Part shown: piece by piece, positions 1-11,128 of the stretch
How positions within the stretch are numbered: position 1 is the stretch's first letter
Layout of the letters: the number at the start of each line of letters is the position of its first letter
Origin: Craspedostauros australis
Lineage: Eukaryota
Reading direction: 5' to 3'
NCBI GenBank assembly: GCA_030167865.1
Contig: JALAGF010005680.1
Coordinates: forward strand, 1-64,000
DNA: 64,000 nt
Position numbers and translations under genes: made by a program
The notes under the pieces: model-generated
What the model saw: the letters and a program-made list of their open reading frames with translations, nothing else
Database searches by the model: none
Told to the model about the DNA's origin: nothing

Positions 1-1209
1 GCATGCTCCAACGGCCATCTGGAGTGTGTGGAGTACCTCGTCGAATCCTGCGAGACAGATGTCGACTGCAAAGACCGCAAAGGCACCACTCCTCTTCATA
101 TGGCATGCTTCAACGGCCATCTGGAGTGTGTGGAGTACCTCGTCAAGTTATGCGGAGCCGACATGGACATCGAGAACGACAACCACAAAACACCCTTCGA
201 TGTGGTGGGTACATACGAAGAAATCAACCTGACGAGATTACTCATGAAGTGTGTCACCAGCCTCAATTTCCGAAACTCACAATTGCAGATGCAGCTGCGA
301 ATGCACAAACAAAGCCACACAAACATCATCACCACACCATCACAACACTACAACCCACAAACCCGCACAGCGACCAGCATCAGCATCGACCAAGATCGAC
401 GCAGCGCTGTTCTCACTGAAGCCAAGACAGACGTGACCTTCCTGTGTGAACAAGGTGACGAACAACAAGCAATCAAGGCAAACTCTGGAGTCCTCGTGGT
501 CACTGTCCCATCCATTCAGACATTGATCGACTCCGGAATCCAACATCAATGCACTGGTGATGGCGCTCACGATGGGACTGAACTCTTGCAAACGACCATC
601 CCTCTTCCCAACCTTCAATCAAAACACGTCCGACATGTCCTCCAATGCATCTACGCAGGTGAGATATCCTTCAACACCAACACCACTCATGACGACGCCG
701 ACGATGATGGCACGGACCAACCAGCCCCCACCCTCAATGGGCAGGACGATCTACAACAGCTGATCCTTGTGGCCAATGCGTTCGGCTTCTGGCGACTCAA
801 GCTTGTTCTTGAAGCGGAGTTGGTCCGCAAGCATCTCACGAAGCACACCATGATTGATGCATTGATATTCGCCGATCAACACAACTGTGACCTATTGAAA
901 GATGCGGCAATGAGGATGGCGGCTGAAAATGAGAAAGATATGTTCACTCATCCAGATTTCAGGAAGCTGATTCCACAGCCCCAACTACTGAGTGAGCTCC
1001 AGGCGTTTTGCAGTGGGAGACCAGATAGCGACGGTATTGATGACGCGTACAGTCGCATGTCAATGATGGAGCTGTACGAGGTGCTGAATGAAGAGACAAG
1101 TTTTCATTTGGATGCTTACATGGATCGCGCAACATGGGAGGACGGCGTGCGGTCCATCAAATCGTCCAGACTGGCTGAGACCAACAGCGATGTTGAGGAA
1201 GAGGAGTGA
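1..1209 (+). CDS. Ankyrin-repeat + BTB/POZ(-BACK-like) protein, copy 1 (5'-truncated by window edge)
   Basis: Frame is open from base 1 (ACSNGHLECVEYL...). Ankyrin consensus KGTTPLHMACFNGHLECVEYLV, then BTB-like TDVTFLC...VLQCIYAGEI...LILVANAFGFWRLKLVLEAEL and BACK-like LIFADQHNCDLLKDAAM. Stop TGA ends at 1209. Confidence 0.85.
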   Translation, partial: ACSNGHLECVEYLVESCETDVDCKDRKGTTPLHMACFNGHLECVEYLVKLCGADMDIENDNHKTPFDVVGTYEEINLTRLLMKCVTSLNFRNSQLQMQLRMHKQSHTNIITTPSQHYNPQTRTATSISIDQDRRSAVLTEAKTDVTFLCEQGDEQQAIKANSGVLVVTVPSIQTLIDSGIQHQCTGDGAHDGTELLQTTIPLPNLQSKHVRHVLQCIYAGEISFNTNTTHDDADDDGTDQPAPTLNGQDDLQQLILVANAFGFWRLKLVLEAELVRKHLTKHTMIDALIFADQHNCDLLKDAAMRMAAENEKDMFTHPDFRKLIPQPQLLSELQAFCSGRPDSDGIDDAYSRMSMMELYEVLNEETSFHLDAYMDRATWEDGVRSIKSSRLAETNSDVEEEE

Positions 1210-2584
1210 ATCGCCACCACGGCAGCTATTGAGAGAAGCGAACGCGTCATGAAGTCGAGGAGATACCTTGATTTGGAATCATTAAACGAATACTCCATGA
1301 AATAATCGCCATCTAATGGATCTAGCTCGGTTATGTGATGTGTCGATATGACAGCGAGTCGGGATACACGGGCCATCATAGGAAGAGCCTGAAAGTCCCT
1401 GTCCATCTATTGCTGTCGCTGTTGCTGCTGAGGATCTCATCAAAGAGAACCGTGTCCGTTCGACTGTCGATGACCACCATACCATGCTCGCCTCGTAATC
1501 TTCTGTGGCCGTCGCTGTCGCTGTCCAGTACCGTGAGCACGCACTGTCGATCACCCGCAACCGACACGATCTCTATCACTCTCTCGTACTGTTGAGGTTT
1601 GTTGTGTGAGGAAGGGTCGGTTGGTATGCAACAGTTATCCATGGACTTTCCGTTGTATCCCCATGTTGCTGTTGCTGCCATATGCGTTCGGTTGATATCC
1701 CCACTGGCTGTCCTGTTCCTGCATCTGCCTCCTTTTGCAGCATCCTCAATGCCCAACCTCGCTGATGGGGAGACATATCAAGTCGATTTCGTATCCTCGA
1801 TGCGATCATACCAGCCATCACCCACATTCCACTTGGGTGCTGACGAGCCATCGTTGGTGATGCTTGGATGTTCACCTGCACAACAGTGTTCGGACGATGC
1901 ATACTCCGATTTACGGCATATGGTCTCGTGGATCCATTGTCGCGCCTTGGAAACCCCAGCATACAGCCCCGGCGGAGCGGGAGGAGCAAATCCAAACACG
2001 GCTGATGTGATCCCTGCTTGCATGAACTGCTTCTGCCATGGGCGTTGAGAATTGAATGCGTTCGTGCCAGCGTCTGTACCCGTGCAGGTGCCTGTCCCAG
2101 TTTCGTCGCTCCGTAGAGAGACTATTGAACCTCCAGGATCTCGCTGACGCGTACCAGCGACATCCATGTTGTTCATGGCACAGAGAGTCACATCGATGAC
2201 CCGGTTGCTGTATTGATGGCGATGATGACAGCAACAGGAGTCAAGTCGGTGGCTCCAAGACTAATCAACAACACGAAGACGAGAGCACGACGGAGAAGTG
2301 TCTCCGACTCACACCAGCCGAACTAGAGCATCAGGTCATCGAATTCAGTACGGTAGAAAAGTTCATAATCGGGATGGTGGGCAAGGTGGAAGACGACAAG
2401 AGGGATTGTGTCTGAATGCGTAACTGCATGAGAGGCAAACGCAAGTGCAGACGCGAGGATAACCTGACACCATGAGACCAGTACACCCTTCACACGGTTG
2501 TGTGCTCTGCGATTCTCTGCGAGTGGTTCTAGTTGCAGTATTCTGGAAGTGTCCGAAACGACGTCATCGCTGCGTCGGACATGA

Positions 2585-3532
2585 TCAGTATCCAAAGATC
2601 TCCTCATCTTCATTGCCAACATCGTCGTACATCTCCATTTTCTGACGACGCCACGAACGCGACTGAATGGATCCAGTTTCTTCTGCTGCTCCCGCTGTCG
2701 TCATTGGCGACGATGACCCGGAGAAGGATGCCACAACAGAAGGCAATCCCAGCATCGATTGGGCTCTGCGGAACATATCGCTGATTCCCGATCTGCTTTG
2801 CCGCGATGGTGCAACATTGCGTATCAGCCCGTCCCCTGACGACGGCGAGGACGCCGTGGTTGACGATGAAATCGAGGACGATTGGTCGATCCACAGTATG
2901 GATCCGTGCGATAATCGTCCACCGCGCTTCAGCACGACGCCGGTAGCATCGTTGATGCCCGATCGATTGCGTCCCCAGAGCCGGCAATTCATTCGCAACG
3001 TGACCATTTGCAGCACCTCGTCTGGATCGTACCAAGCATCGCTCTTGCGCACCTCGAGTCTGGGGTAGGATTCCAGCACGAGGTTGTCGTAGAATCGGTC
3101 CGTGATGCAGTACGGGTTCGGTTGCACCCTCCATCGTCCGCGGATGGGCATGCACGTTGTTTTTTGTGAAATCTCCGCGTTTCTGTTGTTTGCGTTGCCA
3201 TACTTTGCAGTGTGCGAGGTCGGCGTCAGCAGGAAGGTCCCATCCGAATGAATGGACAGAGAGCAGGGAACCTTCTGCTTGGATCGGCTATTTGATGACG
3301 ACGACGACGACGATGTTGGTGTTGAAACCTTCGCTTGCTTGTGCGGCATGCTCGGGAAGATGCTCGATGAATCCCATCCGACGAATGGACGTGCAATGCC
3401 TCCACCGGATAGATGGAGGTCCCATTTGCCAACCGCGTAGGTCTCCGGATCGATGCCGGAAGCACGCGCCTGAGTGACCCAGCACAGGAGCGCGACGGTC
3501 ATGAATAGATGATGGCACAAGGCAAGCTTCAT
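2585..3532 (-). CDS. Hypothetical protein with predicted signal peptide
   Basis: Lies within a 397-aa ORF. Likely start MKLALCHHLFMTVALLCWVTQARA (ATG at 3532). Globular-looking segments (GKWDLHL, GRWRVQPNPYCITDRFYD) separated by Ser-rich linkers. The upstream start at 3778 is not excluded. Confidence 0.6.
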   Translation of the reverse strand: MKLALCHHLFMTVALLCWVTQARASGIDPETYAVGKWDLHLSGGGIARPFVGWDSSSIFPSMPHKQAKVSTPTSSSSSSSNSRSKQKVPCSLSIHSDGTFLLTPTSHTAKYGNANNRNAEISQKTTCMPIRGRWRVQPNPYCITDRFYDNLVLESYPRLEVRKSDAWYDPDEVLQMVTLRMNCRLWGRNRSGINDATGVVLKRGGRLSHGSILWIDQSSSISSSTTASSPSSGDGLIRNVAPSRQSRSGISDMFRRAQSMLGLPSVVASFSGSSSPMTTAGAAEETGSIQSRSWRRQKMEMYDDVGNEDEEIFGY

Positions 3533-4274
3533 GTTTGATGCGATCGTAGTTGATCGTATGTCTGTCTTTGCGCCCACCGCAGTCGCAACCCCGTATTTTC
3601 CAGATCGACTCTGCTTTTCTTGACTTTGACTTTGGCTATGATGAGTGGTGGTGGACGTGTCATGAGCACAACTTGATTGGTTGGAGAATGTGGCAGTGTC
3701 AAATGAAGGGAACGCCACAGAGAGCATCGTTGCTGTTTTGCTTCTTGTTTGGTGGTGATTTCGAGATGATTTGATCACGAATGAGTCTTGGATACGAAAC
3801 AGAGATCAATATGTGGGGTTTTCGGTAATTAATTTGTTTTCATAATAAACAGCGCATGATGCGTCAGCATGGTTTGATCACCGTGGACAATGCGCAAACA
3901 TTCGCCGGACCAATCAGAACACGCCCTCCCACAACAAAGTCGCCACCAAAACACAAGAGAGATGACGAGAAAGAGGAAACAACAACGACAGCCACTACTG
4001 CGAGGAAGGACACGTGTCCGTGTCTGCCACCATAATTTCGAAGAGCCTCGCATCGGCTCCATCCGTCCTCAACGTTTCTCACACACCAGCATCTTCCTCA
4101 TTCAGACAGGAAGAGAAGTGAAAGAGAGAGCAACAGAATCTATCCTTTCGTATAGCTCATATTGCGCAACTTTGCAGTCCACCAACCCTTGAATCTGCGC
4201 CAACTTGAATCAACGCAAAGCAACGCAACGCAACACAAAGCAAACTCGCAACAACAAACAACGACGACGCCAAG

Positions 4275-6979
4275 ATGAACCAAGATCTGAAGCAAGAGCG
4301 CCGAAAGGCCACGTTCTCGCCCGAACGCCTGACCCACATGCTGGACGGCGGCAAGCACAAGACGGAACGGCGCCGATTCCTGGAGAAGGTGATCAGGAGC
4401 GATCCGTCTGGCGTCTTTTGCAACGACGACGTCAACTACCTGCACCGCACGGATCGCCACATCCGCGCCATCGCCAAGCACGTGCGCATGGTGGAGATCT
4501 GCCGCAAGCTGGGCATCGGCGATGAGTGCGATGGTCAGATCGTCCTCAGCGAGGACTTTCCCGTCATGCTCGAGGCTCTGGGAGAAGACCTGCCGACGGC
4601 CTTGCACTGGGTCATGTTCGTGCCCAACATCCTCACTCTGTGCGATGAGGAGCAGCAGGCTGCTTGGTTGCCGCTGGTGCGAGACTGGAAGATGATCGGC
4701 TGTTACGCTCAGACGGAGTTGGGGCATGTACGTACCAGGATGGACAGCGTTTGCGTCAAGTGATATGCCACGTTACAAATGGTGATATAATCGTTTGGTG
4801 GAATTTGTGAGTTCGCCAATACATTAGAGACACCTCCCGATGGATGGATGCAGCAATGAATAGATGCAGCAATGGACGTGCTTCTACATTGTGTGCTTCC
4901 ATGACGTGAATGCACACGCACATGCAACATCAACACGTCTCTGACGACACCATGCGCACAATTGCTGCAAATCCCATTCTGTCTATTGCCTCCATGTGGT
5001 CAATTTGCAATTGATTTACCCTTCCTCGTGCTTCGCCATGCATACTCGTATCGTACCAATCCAAAAAAACTGCAGGGAAGCAACGTCCGCGCACTCGAGA
5101 CAACTGCCACCTTCTTGCCGCAATCCAAAGGCGGGCAACCAGGAGGCAGCTGGGTCATCAACTCGCCAACCATCACCAGCACCAAGTTCTGGCCTGGCAC
5201 ACTCGGCCGCACCGCCAACCACGCCATGGTCATCGCCAGGCTCATCGACGGCAACGGCGTGGACCACGGCATCCACAACTTCCTCGTGCAGCTGCGAAGC
5301 ATGGAGGACCACACCCTGCTCAAGGGCGTCAAGACCGGCGATATCGGACCAAAGATCGGATACAACGTCATGGACAACGGCTTTGCGCAATTCAACAACG
5401 TCGTCATTCCGCGCAGGAACATGGCCATGCGATTTGCGGAGGTCGATGAACACGGCAACTACAAGAAGAAGACCGTCTCCGACGCCGCATCCAAGGTGGC
5501 TTACATCACCATGATGCAGGTGCGAGCCTTGATCGTAGCGGGCAGCGGTAAGGCCCTGGGACAGGCCTGCACGGTGGTGACGCGATACTCCGCGGTCAGA
5601 CGTCAGGGATACGCGGGTGCTGGCAAGGACGAGTCCAGCGAGCTGCAGGTGCTCGATTACAAGCAGCAGCAGCACCGAGTCTTCCCGTTGCTGGCCCAAT
5701 CGTACTGCACATTCTTCACGGCGCAGAAGGTTGCGAGCCGATTGAAGGAGATCGAGATGAAGCTCATCAACAAGGCTGGGGTTAGCAAAGTGAGTCCATC
5801 GGAGTACAAGGTCATGACGTGGAACGCAATATCGCTGTTGGGTGCAAACACTTCTCAGCTCGACAACATTGATTCCCACGCAATACTCGTAAGGTGTCTC
5901 ACATGTCGTCTTCATTCTCTTTCCTCCATTGACCCAACGCGTTGCGCCATGCATCTTCAATCGTTGGTATCCTCAACCCGCTCCATGAACAGGTCGAAGT
6001 CGCGGACATTCATGCATCATCGTCCGGCCTGAAGTCATTCTGCACCATGACAGCAGCAGACGGCATTGAGGAATGCAGAAAGGCATGCGGGGGACAAGGA
6101 TTCCTGGCATGCTCGGGATTGCCGGACCTCTTCACCTCCTTCCTCCAGAACCCAACTGTCGAAGGCGACAATCACATGCTTCCACAGCAAGTCATCAAGG
6201 TGCTCATGAAGCTCGTGCAGGCAGTGCATTCAGGATCTGACGAAGCCGTGGATGCATACAAGACATGCGCATCCTATGGTCTTGTGCCCTCGTTGAAGGC
6301 CATCATCAGCACCCACACCAAGGGCACCGAGGCGGAGAAAGCCACTATCCACAAACCGGCCGACCTGCGTGATTTGGACGTCCTGGTGTTGGCATTCCGC
6401 CATCGCGCCGCTCGGTTGCTGATCGAGGTGACGCATCAGATTCAGACCCTGGTCATGAACGGCAAGAGCCCGCAGGAGGCATGGAACGAGTCGCTGGTCG
6501 CGATGGCATGCGCATCCAGAGCGTACTCGCTGTTCTTGCTGATGAACAACTTCGTGGGTGGCATCAACGACGAGCTGCACAAGCAGACCGATGTCAACAT
6601 TGGAAATGCGGAAGCTAGCGTGCTGCGCGATTTGGCACGCCTGTTTGGACTGTACTGGATGGAGAAGGAGATTGGTGACTTCATCATCGATGGGTACCTG
6701 ACGAGGAAGCACGTCGCATGGGTGAAGGAGAGCGTGCTGAGATGCCTCGACGCAGTGCGACCCAACGCCGTCGCATTGGTGGATGCCCGTGACATCTCCG
6801 ACTTCCGTTTGAAGAGCGCCCTCGGCCGACACGATGGTGACGTCTACCCGCACGTGATGGATGCGGCCCACCGTGATCCGCTCAATGCGATCGATCCAGG
6901 TCCTGCGTACGACCCGGAACTCAAGCGCCTCATCGCTGGTGGCGTCGGTGCCTACTCCGGAACTGCTGCGAGATTGTAG
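4275..6979 (+). CDS. ACOX: Peroxisomal acyl-CoA oxidase (3 exons)
   Basis: Exons 4275-4727, 5076-5789, 5993-6979 (donors GTACGT, GTGAGT; CAG acceptors) rebuild GCYAQTELGHGSNV. Also KFWPG, GDIGPK.G...DNG, EECRKACGG and TVEGDN. C-terminal -ARL is a PTS1-type signal. Confidence 0.95.
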
Positions 6980-7260
6980 GCCAAGTTTGGGACAAGAGCG
7001 TGCATGTAGGTCGCACCATACTAGCACGCAGCTCAGCACAGAAGCGATGTTGCACTGTACATGCATCTTTGCGGATCCGTCTCGAGGGCAACGCATATAC
7101 AAGTGCTCTACCATACAAACCAGTACCGGGAATCGTAACAGTAGCCTAATACTCGTAAGCTTTGATGTTGTACTCATGCACTCTCCTATTGTGTATCAAG
7201 TACTAAATGGATCGACTACGCTACAACCGCAGCCGCATGCCACCCGACTCCTCCATCACT

Positions 7261-9352
7261 CTATTTGAATACGTCGTCGCAGAACTGGCGGCAGTACTTC
7301 GGTAGCTGTTTGCGCACCTTCTCTCGATCCGTGAACCCTTCATCGATGATGATGACGTCCTCCACCTCCCCGCTGGGACAGTCGATCGAGACGTCGGTGT
7401 AGAGGCCGGATCCGTCGGTGGACTGGAACAGCTCGGCGCTGACAAAGTCGCAGTCGTCGCAGTTCCACCACTTGTCGTTCGTGTTGGGCGGGAAGGGTAC
7501 GCAGGAGATGTATCTGCAGGCATGGCATGGAGTCGTCTCTCCGTCGCTCTCGACCAGCAGGATGGTCGTGATCATGACCATGATGACGCTGATGATCAAA
7601 CCCAGGAATCGCAGGAGCGTGTTGCCGATCTGCGACCAGCTTCCGCTGGATAGACTAAAGAAGCCCACGGCGAGGCGTTCGATGGTGGAGAGTCCGCAGC
7701 AGACACCATAGGCGAAACCACCCAAGTGACTGAAGTTGTCAATGTAGGGTGTCATTCTGTTATGAACGAATGTGAGTGTGATCGTTGTTGGTGTTGGAAT
7801 TATGGTGATGGTGGCATAAAAGTAAGATTCGGAGAGAGTAGAGTATTGCAAATGGTTAGTCGACAAATCATCAAAGTATTGGAGTGTGTGAGTACCACAC
7901 ACACATACTCTCGAGTGCAGAAGGACGCACAGGAACGCGTGGGAACGCTTCCAAGCTCTCCTCTGGGCACGACACAAAATACTACACGATACATTGGCAG
8001 ACAGGTAGACAGGCAGACAGACAAACAGGGGCAAGGACTTACCCCAAGGCACAGTTGACGACAACATCCACGAACAACCAAAAGAGGACCATGAAATGTC
8101 TCCACCGGCTGTCTTCATCCGTGGTGGTCTTGAGGAAGAGGAGGTTCCAGTTGATGGCGATGTCGGCGAGACAGCCACCGATGAGACCAAAGATGCCGCC
8201 GGATGCGCCGACGCTGATGTACTGCGGCAGGAAGATGGAGCTGAGGATGGTGCCGCCCACAGCAGGGATGATGAAGACGATGGCGGTATTCGCGAATCCG
8301 TGGCTCATCTCGAAGGCCCCGCCAATGTACCACAGGGCCATCATGTTGATGACGTAGTGGACCACACCGGCATGCAGGAACATGGGCGTGAAGAGTCTGT
8401 ACCATTCGCCTTCGTTGACGATCTTGGCGGTTTGGCGTGCGCCGAGCTTGATGAGGGTGTCGGAGCTGGGTCCGAAGAGCGGATTGGTGCTGAGGGCCTC
8501 GATGGACCAGTCGTTGACGCCGAAGGTGACGAACATCATGAGGGTGCAGACAAAGATGAATGCGTAGGTGAAGAAGGGGCGATTCTTGATCCCCTGATCG
8601 CGGCGCTTCTCGAAGTCGTTCCAGCTGAGGTAGGGTTCCTTGTTCTGGCGTCTCCAGGCAGCGTCTTCGGCCCATTCCAAGTCGGCACGGATCTCGCTCA
8701 AATGAGCGTAGAGACCGAAGATGCCCCAAGGCCGCTGTTCGCCGTGTCGCTCCCGTCGCTTGTTGCGAGCGAACTTGAAGTCACGGACGCGGCGTTCTAG
8801 CGCGGGCGGCAGATCGGCAGGCGTGGTGTCATCGATGTCAAGCGAGGAGATGAGCTCCGACACGGAGTATCGTTGGCGGCCGCCGCTACTGCTGCTACTG
8901 CCGCTGCTCCCACTAGTGCTGACTGACCCACTCTCTCGAGTGGCGGTGCCAGCGTGAGCGACCAAGTGCCGTTGGGAACGCGCCTGTGACTGCGACCCTC
9001 CGCTGGAATCGGACGTAAGGGAAGCCTGGGTGGAGAGGTTGCGGTCAGATCTGCGGGATTCCGCGTTGAGCTGATCCTGCAGCATCTTCGCCAACATCGC
9101 ATCATTCTCCGTCGATGGCCGATTGCGGTCGGATGAGCTGCGTGAATTGCTGCGCGATTTGCTGCGTGAATTACTGCGTGAATTGCTACGAGAGTTACTG
9201 CGGGAGTTGCTTCGATCACTCCGCCGTCGCTGCTGCTGCTGCTGCTGTTGATTATGGTCTCGCTCTCTCTGTCTCTGTCGTTGTTGCTGCCGTTGTGGCT
9301 GCTGTTGGCGCTGTCCCCTTGGTGGAGACGATGGCGGAGAATATCCCTCCAT
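7261..9352 (-). CDS. Rhomboid family intramembrane serine protease (2 exons)
   Basis: Exons 9352-8043 and 7756-7261 (GTAAGT...CAG). Motifs NPLFGP, EWYRLFTPMFLHAG, catalytic VGASG and DNFSHLGG, plus a Cys-rich C-terminus (CRYISCVP). Confidence 0.92.
9138..9212 (-). repeat. Degenerate 12-bp coding tandem repeat (SRSN)n in the rhomboid N-terminus
   Basis: Plus-strand units such as CTGCGTGAATTG are repeated about 6 times, translating to SNSRSNSRSNSRSNSRSKSRSNSRS. Confidence 0.8.
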
Positions 9353-11128
9353 GGTTCCTGCCGAGCACTCTCGATGGTTGATTCAGGAGGTTCGCTGTGT
9401 TCTTTTGTGATCTCTCCAACGGGCTTTCCGCGCTGCAGAGTCAGATGGAGCAGAGTGTGGTAGAGTAGGGTAATTGAATTCAATACGATGCGCGCTGTTG
9501 GTGTTGGCAATGCTAGATGCTTTGAAGTAATATTATCTGTAAATGAGGCTCTGAAGTGCCTCCACAAACTTTGTGTTGTTCGTGCGTGTCACTTTTGTGA
9601 TCTCCGGTTCAGTTGGTCTTGTGTTTGTGTGTTGATGTTCACATCAAGTTGTGTCACGTCGCTCAGCAGTTTGTTTTCCTGTCTTTGCTCTCTGGCTCTG
9701 TACCTGCGGTTGTACTGGTAACACACACCAAGGCCATGCCACAATTGTGTGTGTGCGCGTGTTTTGTGCTGTTTTTGGCGGACGCGAGCAGCTCTTTTTC
9801 CTGTTCGCGCACCCCCGCGTTCCGTGTGTGGCTTTTGGCGTCGCCACGAGAGCCAGTTGATGCCAACAATCGGAACATGTGCGTTGAGACGCAAGTCGCG
9901 GATCCAATTTTCTCGTAACGGTTATCCACTGTTTTTACAAGCGAGGCGACCTGCGATGGACGAGACTCCGTTTTATTATGCCTCCAAAACAAAACCACGA
10001 CGTCGCCGCATTGGCGCCAACATCGCAGTTTGCTTTGGTGGGAGCGGGTTGTGTTGATGCGGAAGCATCATAGTACTCGGGCTGTTGTTCATAAACAGCC
10101 AATGAGCACACATGTGCAAAGTCTAGGTATGTGGTATTCTTGTGGTTGCTCAACTCAACTTGGCTTACTATTCGATTGGTTTAATCTTTGACGATGGCGG
10201 ATTTCGTGATGTTGACTGTTCTTATTACGGGGGTTTTGTACTCGGGTCTTCCGTTCACCGTTTCGATCGAACTCTTTGTGGATGATGTTGATGCATCCTG
10301 TCTTGACTTGGGTCTTGTGCGCCTAAATCAAATTTTTTTTTAGTTCCAACACACAAAAACACACATCCAACCGTTCAAACGTCCCGCGCATCACAGGTGT
10401 CCATACAAAATGGCGCGGCGGAGTGCACAACAGAGTCTCCGACACTATTTTCAATCAGCATCTGTCGATGTGCCCTGTCTTCGTGTTGATCCATCGCATC
10501 GGGAGGCGTCAACGATCATGCGGCGAAGCCTGTGCCGTTGCGATGAACCCACGCAAGTATTTGCGGTTGTCGATGTTCTGTTGTTACTCGTACTCGTACA
10601 GTGAAGTCTCTCTCATGTCCAGCATCCAAATTCAGGAGGAGCATACTCGTATTGTTGAGTATGCCAATATCTACTCTTCGACTGATGTTGTTGCACATGG
10701 ATGTCATCATTGGATCATCCACGTTGGACGAAGCACAAGTCGGGTGGGACCCACAAATAGATGCATCGCACCCACGCACACAAACTGGTCGACATGGGTG
10801 GCTTGGATCTGGTCCATGCGGCGTGTGTATTCCATGTGCCGCGCGATACACTTACGATTGCTCTCAGAGCACAACTCGATACGTGGATTCTCAACATGAT
10901 TCACCTTTGTTCATCTTTGTTGAATCGACATCCATGCTTCGGCACGAACAAACAACGGCAGCCCACAATACCACGATTCATTACTCTTGTTCAGTTGGCT
11001 AATACTAATGTGCTCGTGATCGTGATCGTGGTCGTAGAGCAGTTGGAGTATAGTCGTACGTTGGTGGCATCAATACCGAAACAGAGTCGTCATGCCGAAG
11101 TAACTCCATCCCACCATTACCATCACCA

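Noticed and set aside
10410..11002. Short ORFs between rhomboid and ATG7 (one with a good CAAAATGG start context)
   Set aside because: No recognisable domain, and the trial splice gives an immediate stop.
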